NCBI GenBank assembly: GCA_043228905.1
Contig: JBHGNT010000012.1
Span: 1,426,001 to 1,490,000, forward strand
Direction of reading: 5' to 3'
DNA length: 64,000 nucleotides
DNA from: Azolla caroliniana
Lineage: Eukaryota > Plantae > Polypodiophyta
Within the stretch, counting starts at the first letter, position 1, and the number at the start of each line of letters is the position of its first letter. Positions 1 to 14,216 of this stretch are shown piece after piece. Made by a program: the position numbers and the translations under genes. The notes under the pieces were generated by a model. That model was not told where the DNA came from. It did not search any database and saw only the letters and a program-made list of their open reading frames with translations.

Positions 1-2949
1 GGTAATTGAGGCCATGGATGCCATGAGTCTAATTCGTGGACACATTATTAACTCTTTCTCTTATCTATGGTTTAGAATTTTAACATTTCCCACATATATG
101 GTGATCATATCGGTTTGGATTGGAAGAGATCGCAGTGATACTTTATTTAATTCGGAATCCAAGAAGCATTTGTATGATGTTTGTAAATTTATTCTGTCCT
201 GCTTCAAAAGTTTGTTTGATTTAACACCTAAGCTGAGGTTAGATCAGAAAAGAATAAGAGGGAACAAAGTGTAAAATTAGCTTTCTCATCAAATGCATGT
301 GTATTGAAGGGTCTGTGGACTTGGGTAATGAGCATCTCATAACCATATGTTTGTAATATAGTTGATTGTATATGGGCTCATTTGAGTCAGATATGGAAGG
401 TGTTGGGTCTTTGCAGGGTGAAGTGCAGTAATATCCTGGTCATTATGTGTCTTTTGTTTGGCTTCAATATTTATACCATTGGCTGGAGATGACATAATTG
501 ATGAGGGTAAGCAGATTCAAAACAGCAACAACCTAGGCATCCAAATTATGTGTTTGAACTACAGGATTTCTGAACATCACCTTTGAGTTTATGCTTATCA
601 ATAAAGACAGATTCAAAATGTAATCTGAAATATGGTAGAAGATAACATATTGAAAGGTAATGTTTTCCGTTTGCATATTAACATGTATATAAATAAATAT
701 ACCTTTAATGGGATAGAGTGAAAGTCTTGTGGATATTTTTCATCAACAATGGCAAGTTGATGGAGAGTATTTTAGCTATCATCAATGTTTTTCATGCACT
801 GATTGTTGAAGAACAGTAATATCATAGTGAAAAGTCATAGGACCTTGGATGATGTGGAGGGGGTCTTCTTCGGCAATGTATGATATTTTGATAAAGCTCG
901 AGGCTTTTGAAAGCATGAAAACCTCTGTACATTATTATTGAACAATGATGATACGGGATACTAATATATATGTGTCCATAGTATGATCTTCCATTGCTTC
1001 TAGTAGGCATGGTAGAGATACAATGGAGAACTTAGCATAAATTTCAGTCAAGACTCCGTATTGTAGGTTAAATGTGGGCCTCTCCATTTGCTACCACACT
1101 ATAGGAGATTCTAATTATTAGGGAATGATTTATTTGCTAAAGTTCGTGGTTGTATAGAACATGCTAAATATGCACCCTTTGCAATGCTAACACACCTCTC
1201 CACCTAGTTTTCAAGAACATTATCTTTAGTGATTGATTGGCCTAGTTTCTTTTCAATGCACATATATTAATTAATATTGTGGTATGAGGATAAACCAAAA
1301 ACTTCTTAAGGATTTGGTATATGAGTTTAACTTCTTCGAATGCTCGTGCATTATTTTTCAATTGGGCATTGGTCTGTGAATTGCGATGGCATTTTCTCAA
1401 TTTACTCTAAATGGCCATAAGGTTCTTCCAATTGTGCAAGCTTCAAACATTTGCAAATCTCCAATCATATTTTCTGAAACCCAGAAGTTTAAACATGCAC
1501 AATAATTTTAAGTTTTTGATATAATATAATTTTCTCCACACTAGATTATTTAGCATCCTTAATAAATGTGTCGCTACCATTAAATCCAAATATTTAGAGA
1601 ATAGAAACTTGTCCGCTGTCCACTTGTAAGACATGGACTAAAAAAAATGTTTTCTTAACCGACTAGATTACTTGGTTGTCACGATATCTTCTATGGAGAT
1701 TTTGTATATTAACCAGTGTTTATTGCAAATAAATTTCTGGAAACAGAAAGTGAAGTCGTAAAGGGATAATTCTTAGGAGAAAGTGATGTTGTAGTTGTGG
1801 ATGTGTTTTTCAAACTAACGAATATAATGAATGAGACATTTGATCCACCCCTCAATGACATGAACACATAACCTCCCACACACACACACACACACAAATA
1901 CAAAGAAAAGCCACATCGTGCATCTGCAATAGATAGTTTCATCAGATTAAATTTGTGGTTGCGCATGCGAGAAAATCGTGTAAACCTAATCATGGTACAT
2001 CCCCGTGTCCCTGATATGTGATACAATTGACCAACTGGCATAGTACAGTAGACATTTTGGTATTTACTTTTTTCTTGACTATTTTGTGAATAGTGTGGTC
2101 CTTGCAACAAAAACAAAATGTCATCTATATCCAACACAAAAAGGTGCGCCCTCGAATAATTCGATTTCTACGCGTATTATTCTCCGGAGAGACTCAATTC
2201 CAAGTAAAGTTACTTCTACAAATATACGAATGTACTGCTTAACCACCATTGTTTTTCTCATTATTGTTACTGAAACAGAATTACTATTGCATAAAGTGTT
2301 GAGCTATATGTATGTGTGTGTGTGTGTGTGTGTATTGAAATACAGTTGTCTTTCTAACTATATATCAAATCACCCTTATCTTTTCAAAAATTCCCCTCCT
2401 ACCCTCATTGTGCTTTAATTACTATCCAAATATCCCTATTGTTGATCATTAACGATGGGATTAACACAAGCACAACCATTAAGATTAAGTATGTGTGGAT
2501 CAAGTGGTTGATTTAGTTAGGAAAAATTAGCATACATCAATCTTTGCTTAGGCAAATCACTGACAATCCTTACAAATATAAAAAAATGTGCATGGGCATT
2601 CTAATTGATACTACTTGCTCTTATTCGTTAAGGACATATCGATAAATATCCACTGTTTGCTCGTGGTTCAATCACAAGAATGATTATAATTAGGAAAATG
2701 ATGTAAAACATGTGGTACATATGTATGATAAAATTCACGAGTTGGCCTCTATTCGCTTGCTCGAAGTCGGGGCTCCTAATCATGATATTATTGAGTTAGA
2801 AAGGGAAACTACGAAGAGATCAACTTCGAACGATCCCCAACATGACAATCCGTGGTCTTTAAATAGAAATGTGCACAAATGTTTCTCGACATGCTTTGTT
2901 GTCCAATTAGAAAGGGTGGAGAGAGATGATGACCAATGGGTCACGAATT

Positions 2950-2952
2950 CAC

Positions 2953-2991
<39 letters not shown>

Positions 2992-3040
2992 TACACATAT
3001 GCATACGCATACACATACACATACCCATACCCATACACAT
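2950..3040. repeat. (CACATA)n-type microsatellite
   Basis: Direct reading of repeated cacata/catacc units; explains the HTHTHT/CVCVCV ORFs here. Confidence 0.9.
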
Positions 3041-3775
3041 GTTGTTCTCATCAATCGTAGACTAGGTGTTCGTGACACTGAATACTCGTGGGCATGCATG
3101 CATACTCACATACATGTACATGTATTTGTCGGGGTTTTTGTTTTGTATTCAATCCATGCATGTGTGCGTATTTGTAAGGTACGAATACATGCATGTATGC
3201 ATACATACGCCTGGAAATAAATGGACTTGCCTAGAGAAGGGTAGGCAGTGGAAATTATGAGAAGGGTATTTCAAGAATTTCTTCAAAGGTTATATAGAGG
3301 AATGGATTCCTTTATTTATTAATTGTTTGATTTATTCCATTTTATATTATTGTTAATAGTTATAATAATATTATTATTAAAAAAAAATAAAAAAAAATAA
3401 AAAAATTGATTAGCTTGTTTTCTGTATATACTGTTGTTGTTGGCGATGGTGAGCTTGGTGGAAGCTCCGGAATTAGGGTTTCGCAGTTCTCTCCTGTTAT
3501 CTCCGCAGGTTTGATGGACTTGTCCTTCTTCTGCATCTTCGTTCACAGCAAATCGGTAAGTCTCCTTTTTCTTCTTGTTTGCTTGGTTCTTGGTTCTCTG
3601 CTTTTGCAGATTATCTTTCACTCTAGAAACAAAGTTCCAATACATTCGTATCCCTTCTTCTTCTTTCATCTGCTCTCATCTTTCATTCTCTCTGTGCTTT
3701 CTTGTTTCTATTTTTTGGATTTCCTTCGCTTCCTTTTATATTCTCTCGTTTTCTTGATATCATAGGTTTAGCAGA

Positions 3776-6700
3776 ATGCCTATTGATCGCGTGAAAGACG
3801 CTTCTGGATTGGAAACTCTGATTTTGAGAGAACCTCATGGATCTTCTGCAGTGGTAAGCGCTTTTGCTTTTTCTTGATTCTCTTTTTTGCTTTCTCTTCA
3901 TATTTGTTCTCTTATCGTTGAAGAAAGAGTATAAAAGATTAGTTTACATTTATCTGGAGTAAACTAGGAAATGATTAGTGCAAAAGTGTTTCCTTCGTAC
4001 TGGCAGACGCCAGGAACTTGTTCATTGTGTCTTTTCAGACAAAAAAAAACAGTTTCTTTTCAGACAGAAACCTACTCAAGTAAGAAACCTTTTGCCAAGA
4101 AGCTGTAGCCATTCACCTACATATGTTACGCCCATGTGCCTGACAAGTGTAGGATAAGGATAGATGCCATAAGTAGGAATGCGCCTACATGGAGGCTAAT
4201 AACATTTACAGACTCTATGTTCCGGTAGAAAGAAGATGACACATAGTTTGGACGTAGAATTCAGAATTTTGAAAATGAAATGGTTTTATGTTTCACAAAA
4301 ATCTAGTTTTATGTAGAGAAACATATAGATTTTTCTCCACTGAAGTAAAGAAGGGAAAGGCTTTTGAAAGTTTTCCATCCCTCTAGTAAAAGAAGCTTGT
4401 ATGCTTCAGGCTCATGAAACTGAGATATTCTTGAAGGTGAACCTGTCTTTATTCAAATAAAAACTCACAGAAATTTGTTATTTTGTAAAGGGACATATAA
4501 ATTGCTACTGGATCAGGGAAAAGTAAAGTTTTTCACAAATGTACCTTTTTTATTCGAAGAGAAGCTTGTCCACATAGGCTCATGTAAAACAGTTTTGTTC
4601 AACCAGTCAAATTACTGCTAGTCAAGCTTGTGGGAAGATGCTAAGAGGAAAAAGCTAGAATACTACATTGCTAATGTCAACCCTGAATGTTGGTGTCAAT
4701 ATAAAGCAAGAATGCCTATTGATTGTATCCAACCTTATTTCATTACCAATATGAGTAGTAATGCTCGTAGAGCCCTTACACTACTTCGCACTCGATCTCA
4801 CAAGTTAGGTATTGAAGTTGCATCATGGTATCAAAATGTAATGAACTTGAAGACATGCAAAGTATGCAATGAAGGCATGGTAGAGGATGAATGTCACTTG
4901 CTCTTCACATGCTCAACATATAGTGCAATTCATTTGAGATATGCTGACATACTAAGAGGGAGTGATAACTTAAGTGCCATACTTAAGACACCACCAAGAA
5001 GGTTGAGCTCATATGTGTATGCTTTATTCACACATAGAGAATTTGTGCTTCAATGTATGAATACCCCTTCTTAGGAAGGAGACACATATCAAGAATGCAT
5101 ATATACTCTGGTCCCATAGGTCAAAAATGGCCTCTTTATGGACAATAAAATTAAAAATTCTAAATTCTAAATTTTCTGGAAATTTATAATATGAATTTCT
5201 GTAGAGAATGCATTGAATGGCAGTCATCATTGAAACCAGTGGAAGAGTCTCATCAACCCATTGCTGTTTTTCATAAACTGAGGAATCATACTCTTAAGCC
5301 AGAAACCAAGGTTCATTAACTAGAACTCATTTAATCAACATCCCTAAACCATATTCATCCTGGCAATGTTTTCTTCTTCACTCATTGTGAGTGCTACCGA
5401 AACTTGGTTTCATTTTTTGTTGCTGTGTACAATTTGGGCAAGGTATATATTCTCTCTTCCTTTGTGATCATGTGCGAGTCGGGACCCAAACTACCATTTT
5501 CCCTGGACTCGCTTTGATGCTACTATCTGGAGTTCCAAGGAGTGGAGAAAATGAAGCAGGTCTATTCATTAGAGAAACTGTCCACAATTAGCTGCTAGCC
5601 ACACAACATGCATGACCTTTGTTTTTAAATTGATACAAGGGATTAATTTACTCACACATCCAATTTTCTTGCCCCTATTCACACCTACCAGGGTAATGAA
5701 TTTTGAGTTTTCACTGAATCAGAAAATGACATGAAACACGGTTTTCTATATTAGTAAGTATTAATGTACAAAAATGTATTCATCATTTATATAGTGTACA
5801 CATGAAACAGATCATTTATCACTGTTCAAGATTTAGAATCTTCCCATCACATTATGTTGCTAGAAAATAAAAGCTGAATCACAAAATAGATCAATATCTT
5901 GAAGCTGGAAAAATACCAAGACTTCTGAGCATATATAGGCCACAACAAAGGCTTATGAAGTAGGGATAGTGACAACTTGTAAGGCTAAGTTGTAATTCTC
6001 TGGTAAGATGACAAGGAACCAAGCTAGGGCTCAAGGTATGTATTTTGTCAAAGAAATAAGAAACATGATACAAAGCGTGAAGAAGTCTGTTCCTTTCGGC
6101 TATGACTGAGTTAAAACAAACGTCTAAATTGTGGGGATAGATCGTATACGTTGAGTTGATTAAATTAAGCTAAATCTAGAAAAACCTGAGAAAAGTTGCA
6201 TGCAGTAAAGGGCCTATGTGAGTCAAAATGTCAGGTAAGAGGTTGAGTTGACGATGGTCGAATCAGAAGAAACCAAACTAATGTGAAGGAAATTTATCTT
6301 TTCATTTCTTAAATTGGAAACAACCATACTATTATTTGCTTGTACACTTACAATGTCTTTATCAATCCTGAATCCTGACTTGTTAACTCCATATTTATAT
6401 ATTATTTTCATATATGGACAATGCACATACCTGTACATCACCATTTGATTCAAACTGCATCATATCTCCTTTACAATGTTTAAGTGATCAGATTCTGGCT
6501 GAATTAACTTAAGAGGTAACCTTAAGTTCTAACTTCTTACCAAACTGCTTAAACGCGTGCAGGTATCTTTATATGGTGGACAGGTAACATCTTGGAAGAA
6601 TAACCATGGAGAAGAACTTCTTTTTCTAAGCAGTAAAGTAAGTGCTTGTAGTCATTCTTCTGTAAAGCAATACAAGATAATTCCATTAGGTAGTAGTATG

Positions 6701-9197
6701 AATAGGGAATAATACTTTCTGAATTGCCAGGCAAGTTTAAAGCCCCCGAAAGCTGTCAGAGGAGGAATATCAATATGCTTTCCCCAGGTTTGTTTGATGG
6801 CAGAAAATATTCAAGCTAATGAATGGCCTGAAATAGTTGTCTATCTGTCTGTTGTCGTTTGCCAAATTTAGGATTTATGCTTGTGAACAGGTCAGCAGTT
6901 TAGGTGCATTAGAACAACAGGGTTTAGTAAGATGTCGTCTTTGGAGTCCTGATCCCAATCCTCCTCCACCACCCATTAATGGAGTCAAAACATTTGCTGA
7001 TCTTATATTGAAGCCCTCGGAGGAAGATCTTAAGTCATGGCCTCATTGGTAATTTTTTTAAAGGTTTTTGACATTGTCAATTGCTTTCTAATATTCTTAC
7101 CATTGAGTTTTTTTTTTTTGCACTTTTTTCCAGCTTTGAGTTGAGGCTTCGAATCGCTTTGGGAGCAGCAACCCTCACACTAACTGGAAGAGTTCGGAAT
7201 ATTGATATCAAACCATTCTCATTTATGTTTGCACTGCACACATACTTCTCAGTTTCAGATATCAGGTTGAACCTTGCACTTGGGATGAAATTATGTCTAT
7301 ATAGCGCATGATATCCGTTTTCGCTGAATTGATAAAGTCACTCCTACTCGACTGTTCTTGTGAAGGAACATTACCATTATTAGAGCCAGGAAAAATACTG
7401 TCGAAGGTGATAATAATGGAGACACTCCATCCATAGTCACAAGGTGTCATGAAGTATTTACTTCAGGAACAGAAATTTTAATCAAAAGAACTAGTGTTTG
7501 GCATGAAGATGATTTAGCTCTATAGGGGCAAAAGGTTTGAATCTCCAATGTGTGGTACAAGCATTGGACAGTGAATGTGTATGGTACATCCAAGTTGAAC
7601 CCTTGTAAAGTCTATTGAAATATCAATAGACACAAAATTGGATGGTTTAACATTGGTATTTGCATGCATTTCCTGTGGCAGTGTACGTGGCAATATGTGA
7701 ATTACATGCAATGAGAGGTATATATAGACTCTTAAGCCAATTGTAAGGGGGGAAGAAACAGGGAAATGGATCAATTGATTCAAGAATAGTTATAGACTCT
7801 GCTACTGTAAGCTGTATTTGAGGTTTTGAAATATTTAGGATTAGGGTTTCACTACCCTATCTTGTACTTACATATCTATTAATAATCTAAACAAACCATT
7901 GGTTTTTCAACACTAGCTATCTATCTATTTCTTGCATTCTATTTTCTCTCTATCTCTCTTTCTCACTCCCAATTCCTTCTCAATCTATCTATTTCATTTT
8001 CTTTTTCACCCTCTGCATCACTCCTTGTTCATAACCCCAGTGATTCTGATGGACTAATCATGAACTTTATGAAAACAGGATGGGGATGGCTATTTTCAGT
8101 CTAGATTAGTGTAAAATGGGTAGGATAATGGGTACTACAGACGAGGTGGTCAACTTTCAATTACAAACATGACATTGCATTGAGAAATACCCAGTTTGAT
8201 TTCTTAGTTATACTTTCTCATATTTGATGTTTCTACACAACTTGTTTTGTATTCTGAGTCTTCATTTTGTTGAAGAGCATGCATTTAGTCCACTTGGAGC
8301 ATTTTGAGGGTGAAAGAATCATTGCAACGCCTTGTAGATGATGAAGTTGCAAACTTGAGATTGTAAAAAAATAATAACCAGAAATTTGAAATAATAATGA
8401 TGGTTTCTTTTAGTACTGGCAAGTTTCAGGCTGTTCATTGATGTCATCTAGCTTGTTTTCATTAGTACTGTATGTTCCTTTGCATTTTGTCTTTAGTAAG
8501 ATACTTTTCTTTATCTTTTTTCTAATGATATCCTGAATTTTTCAGTGAGGTTCGAGTTGAGGGACTCGAAACACTTGATTATCTTGACAATTTACACAGT
8601 AGAGAGAGGTTTACAGAACAAGGAGATGCAATAACTTTTGATGGAGAGGTTTGTGCTGCTTCTATTTAAAAGGTTCCTCCTTTCCATTTACTTCTGATAT
8701 CTTGTCTTTTTTCAGATAGATAGAGCATACCTGAGCACACCGACAAAAATTGCTGTCATCGACCATGAGAAAAAGCGAACACTTGTGCTGAGAAAAGAGG
8801 GTTTCCCAGATGCAGGTATAATGGGTGAAACGTCATGAGGGAATTAAACTGGGAAAAAAGTGGGTTGAAAAGTTTATCATAATACTTTAGCATATTAAAC
8901 CGAGTAAAATTGGGTAACAAATATTAAATTGACGAAAAATGGCTTACATGAAAAACTGAACCCACTAAACTAAGTACTCTTGCAGTTGTTTGGAATCCCT
9001 GGGATAGAAAGTCTAAAACCATACCTGACCTTGGTGATGAGGATTACAAAAGAATGGTGTGTGTCGAGGCAGCAGTTATAGAAAAATCGATATGTTTAAA
9101 GCCCGGAGAAGAATGGAAGGGTAGGCAAGAAATTACAGCTGTTTCATCAAGTTATTGCAGTGGGCAACTAGATCCTTACAAAGTTCTGAATGGTTGA
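3776..9197 (+). CDS. Glucose-6-phosphate 1-epimerase-like protein (aldose 1-epimerase / galactose mutarotase-like family), 8 coding exons, ~304 aa
   Basis: Exons 3776-3853, 6563-6637, 6731-6787, 6891-7048, 7134-7265, 8546-8648, 8716-8815, 8986-9197, all GT-AG and phase-consistent (915 nt). Family motifs LYGGQVTSWKN..GEELLFLSSK, KPPKAVRGGI.ICFPQ, ALHTYF.VSDI, VVWNPW, MVCVEAA, LKPGEEW. Probable 5' UTR intron 3556-3765. Confidence 0.93.
4610..5175 (+). mobile_element. 5'-truncated LINE (non-LTR retrotransposon) 3' end in the intron after the first coding exon of the epimerase gene
   Basis: ORF 4628-5074 carries the LINE ORF2 C-terminal motif LRTRSHKLGIE...CKVC...EDECHLLFTC; followed by a short 3' UTR and an (AAATTCT)-type tail; related copy at 31887-32292. 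Left boundary approximate. Confidence 0.82.
7510..8060 (+). mobile_element. Possible old solo LTR in an epimerase intron
   Basis: Begins TGATTTAG and ends CTAATCA (TG..CA, imperfect terminal inverted repeat), with internal TATA-like and CT-rich segments; no clean target-site duplication. Confidence 0.3.
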
Positions 9198-12100
9198 GAT
9201 GGTGGATCATTTTCTAATGATCCACATAAGTTGTTATCAATCATCTTGGTTGAGTTATTTATTGTTGATCATACTATATATGTATATAAATATTGTCCTG
9301 ACTGTCCCTGCTTAAAATATTATTCTTGAGCACATTTGGCATACAAGCTAAGGAGCCACTCATGAGATGCTCGAACTGTTTATGCTGAGTTACTGCCAAC
9401 TCATGTAGTTGTGGGTATGAGCCTGTTATAATAAGCTAGATATGTTACATTCATATTATTATAGCAAAATGTTTTCATACCGAGAAATAACTACAGCTTG
9501 TGTAGTGGTTAGATATTTGATAGTAAAGTTGAGAACATGCTATCATGTGTGAAAGTTGCGAGTATCTTCATATTGCTTTAGTGGAACTTTTGTTTGACTG
9601 TAAGTGAAATATCACATTATTTGTACTAGGAGGTTCATTTTGTTCATTTTGGTATATATGATATATAAGATGTGATCAGCTTTGATGGTTGCATTTGAGA
9701 ATTTTGTTTCAATAACTTTGGTGTTTGCTTCACCTGTTTATGTTATAAATGCAGCATTTACTGGAAATGGATGATTCATATGTACATAAAATCAACCAAG
9801 ACATGTCTCAAACATCAAATAGTTCATTCATAGATGTAATAATGAAGGGCTGCACATGAAGGGGCTCTATTCAAAGAGTCCAATTTGTACTAATGCCATC
9901 ATGTCCTAAGCCACATGCCTCTTCAATGATGTGAGATAAATCAAATAGGCGACCCAAAACATGAAGAATGCCCAATTGATTGAGAATACCATTATGTGAG
10001 CTGAGATTCATACCTTTACCATGTTCTTATTTTGATTGTGGGCATGTCTATGTAGTGAGATGGTTGTAGCATCCTCGAATTATGTCTTAATTAAGCATGT
10101 CAGGCAACATAAATTTTTTGAAGGGAGTTTAGAAATGAGAAGGGATAAGAGAAATTGTGAACATAGCATAGGAAATTGGATATATAGCTGTAAAGACATC
10201 TTGAAGTGAGTGTTCATCAATCTTTTTGTTGGATAGTTGTGTGATCTGTCACAAACTGCAATTCGAAAGGAAGTTACAAAATCTCGATTTGAATTTTGGT
10301 GGTGTATTTGCAACTTCATAATGCCATTTATGTTACCCATTGCCCTTGTATACTACTAATTCTTAAATACTAGAGTTAGAGATAATTGACTAGTTGAATA
10401 TAATTGAGGTTTGTTGTGATCCTTGAATCAAAACATGGATGTGAAATTGTATGATGGTCAATGATAATAAACTTTCTAAAATGGGTTATGTCCTTCAATG
10501 GGTTGGTCGCATTCTCCTAAGGGTTTGACTTGTATAGGTGGTCTACTGCTCATGGAAGTTTATTATATGGATTGGTAATTAGTGTAGTTTGTTTGCGTGG
10601 AGATTCACAATCATTTCTTGCTTCTGAACTCGTCCATAAGCCTAACCATTTATTTTGATGATTGTTAGTTGTTGACCTCATTGTGGAAGAGGGAACCACT
10701 TCTTGTTTTACTTGAGATAGCATGTTGGTGTTTTAATTCATGTCTCATTTATCTTTTTGTACGTTTAGAAATCCTAATCAAAATGAAAATCTCAAGAGGA
10801 TTTGCGTATACACATTCATTGTTGAACATTATATTCTAGCGCATTTGTTCTTAGTCAAGTATGATATTTTTTGGTATCTCCGATATGTGGGCCATCAAAT
10901 CATGCATTATTCTATTAACCTATAATGATTTTTGTCTTTTCCTCGAAGAAGTCATTTTGATTAAAGTCAACATTCTTTACACAATGTGTCACTAGTTTAG
11001 ATAAACATGAAGATACATTGTCTGTTTCTTTCATGGTTAGCAAGTACAAGCCCTTCCAAAATGTAGAATCAATGCAAATTTCCAATTGACATAAGAGTTG
11101 CACAAAATCATCCTATCGATCATGATGTGGTTTGTACACATGTTATGACTCACAAATGGAAATGAAGATAGATAAATATCTGAATTGTGCTTATACTTCA
11201 CACAACAAATATGTGCATGTGTTTGGAATATTTTTTTTCCAAAAAAAGATACTACATCAGTATTAAGAAACTGCCCTAAGGTTATACATACAATATGTAC
11301 CAAAGAGTCTCTTTTTTCCCTAAATTCTAACCGTTGGCTTAAATAAATACTTCGATGTAGAGTAGAACTACTCCACCTTATCAGAAATTCTTCTATAAAA
11401 TATGCCTATATCCCATGAAACTCCATCACTTGAGCTCCGCTTGTTGCGTATTATCTTGTATACTATCCAAAGAACCTTTGAGATTATGCACAATCTCCAT
11501 CCATATCCCAGAAATTATTTGGGCAGGTCGTTCGGTGACATTTTGAAATACCTTCAAACTTGAGCCTTCCAAATATACCAATTTGTAATACTTCTTACCA
11601 ATCGCCATATTTGAGGATTATTAATCTCTATTTGTGGATTCGAAGGTACCAATGGTTTTTACATCAAACCATGTTTCATAGCAATATCACCTACAACCTC
11701 CTCTTGTTAATATACCATTGGTTTATCTTGTACCACACCGCCCATATCACCGCTCCCCATGTATACATTGTTCAAGGATATACTGGTATTATCAGTGTTA
11801 TGATTCGTTTCCATATTTCCATCGCAAAACTACAACTTCGCAAACAATTCTTAGTAGTCTCTACTAGATCCGTATGTTTCAAGAACTTCAAGTGAAACAA
11901 TAAGGTGAACACAAGAACATAAATAATCATCATTCTACCTTCTTGTTTATACACTTGTGTACACATGTTTTGCTATCTTGATATCTTTCCCAATAATGGA
12001 TGTTTCACTTTGGGATGTCAATATGTCTCCTCCAGATATAGGTGACATCATAAGTATAAACACCTTAGGAAACATGCCATGCATGCCTCTACTCATGCAT

Positions 12101-13989
12101 CCTTCCAATCGTTTATGAAAGAACAAAGCTTCTTAGACAACTCCCTTGTTAAAAAAAAGCAAAAAACAAGTATATTTTTAAATTGTTGCATAGCTGGTCA
12201 CTCTCAACGAACATATCTCCTAGACCATGTTGTTTTTACATCACATTTGACACTCTAAAATCATGCGTTAATGCCTAATGGCTACAAACAATCATACCAA
12301 ACTGCGCATCAACAATAAATTTCCATAAATATTTCAGTGTCAATTTATTAGTAGTTTAGGTATCCAAAAAATTTGTTGCGATTTTCAAGCATTGGTATCA
12401 TCTCATGTTTCATCACAAAACTAAAGAATAATGTGTGTCATAATTAATTTAGAATTCCTATACATTAATAGGGTGTGTTCATTATGTGGTTGTGTGGATA
12501 CACAAATTGTTCTTTGTCCATATGCATCCCACATAATAAATAATCTCTGAAAATTTTACTTTTGGGTTTTTTATGTGCCTCGAGCATATTTGTAGAAGCA
12601 ATGATGAAAAACAACACTTTGTTGGTAAATGCTCCATTGAAGAAAATTGCAAACAAACGACAAACTTTTTGCATTACTATCTTTTCGACTAACTCTCATG
12701 GTTGGGATTACAATCATTGGGAACCTTCAATACGTACAATTAATTGGATCTCATTCACAACATTATTTCATGCATGTTATGATTTTGATGTAACTTTAGG
12801 GAAAACCCCCAAAAAATAGTTTTAACAAAGTAAACGGTTCTATCTGAACTGATGCCCAAGTAGCAGTTGTGTTAATGTGGAGGTGTATTTATTATAATGC
12901 AACGTGGTAGCGTGGATCATGGGGTGTTGCCTTTTTCCTTCTTCGAGATGACTGAGTTACTAACCACTTTCATGGGTTCACAATCTTTCACGATTACTTC
13001 ATTGGTTATTGTATTTTACAAATTTCATTGTTGACCACTATCTACGTGTATTTCTTCCCATGGAGTTAAAGTCTCCAATATCGGTTTGTAGTCGCATTGC
13101 AACAGATAAAATTATAACACAAGCATGTGCATAGACTAAATGCATCTTTTTCGACACATAATTATGGATAGAAAAAGTTTCCTCATTTTTAAAGGCATCA
13201 ATATCTCTAAGAAATGAATTGTTCCACAACTCCCAAGCAAAGTCTGCTTATAAACATGATATTGAATAGTCACATCATACCTATTGTTTCTAGGTAGATT
13301 AGGTAAAGTAAATGAATACTCTAATAGAAAGAAGAGCCATTAATGATTAAAGGTGCAAGATTGGTAATTGAGATTTGGGACAACATAAAATGTAGATTTC
13401 TTGTCTTGGCAAATGGAAACAATGAAAAAATGCTAATCAAATTGTGCATAGCATTGGCAAGTTAAAGACAAGATGCTCTCCCCACACAACGAGCAATTCA
13501 TTGGATTTTATGGCATTCATGTGTCTAATTCAAACATCATGCATAAATGTGCACTTGAAAGGGACATGGCCCATCAATTGTGAAGAGAAAAGGGTTTCAG
13601 ATATCTAAGTGTCACTTTGACATGTTAAGCATCGAAAAAGCAAAATTGCCTCAGAGCTCAAACAAAAGTGTCTTTTGTGTTAGCAATTAAATAAAAATGC
13701 AAGACATAATAAAAAGGACGATTCTACGATTATTACGCCAAAGGTTCACGATTATTTTTGGTTGTTTGATCTTCCAGTACACAAGATTCAACCTCTCTCT
13801 TTCTCATCGTTTCTTCTTAGATGCTTGGCCCCTAGTAGGCATCTATCTAGTTCACAACTTTGGTGTGAGATTCTAATAAATAACCTATTAATGACAATGA
13901 TTATATGGATCCTTTGAATGTTTTAGAAAAAGTCGAGATTTCAACACAATTCTCATACTTTGACTTTGAATCTATGGTAAGACCAATGC

Positions 13990-14216
13990 TTAAATTTCAA
14001 AAAAATGGAAGTGTTGATGACATGCATGGTGTAGGGTACTAAAGTAGAAGCATATATACTTCTTGTCTCTGGTTTGAATTTCATAAAAATGGAAGTGTTG
14101 ATGACATGCATGGTGTGGGGTACTAAAGTAGAAGCATATATACTTCTTGTCTCTGGTTTGAATTTCATAAAAATGAAAGTACTGATGATATGCATGGTGG
14201 AGTACTAAAGTAGAAA
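13990..14216. repeat. Tandem repeat, ~75-bp unit, ~3 copies
   Basis: aaaatggaagtgttgatgacatgcatggtg..gggtactaaagtagaagcatatatacttcttgtctctggtttgaatttcat repeated; also visible as repeated peptides in the ORF track. Confidence 0.9.

Noticed and set aside
1-1700. Possible degenerate LINE/TE coding remnants
   Set aside because: No recognisable motif survives in the ORFs; cannot support a call without a search.
2712-3260. ORFs with HT/CV/YT repeats
   Set aside because: Products of microsatellite sequence.
9800-13600. Many 60-110-aa ORFs, perhaps ancient TE debris
   Set aside because: No domain motifs, no splice-consistent model and no terminal repeats found.
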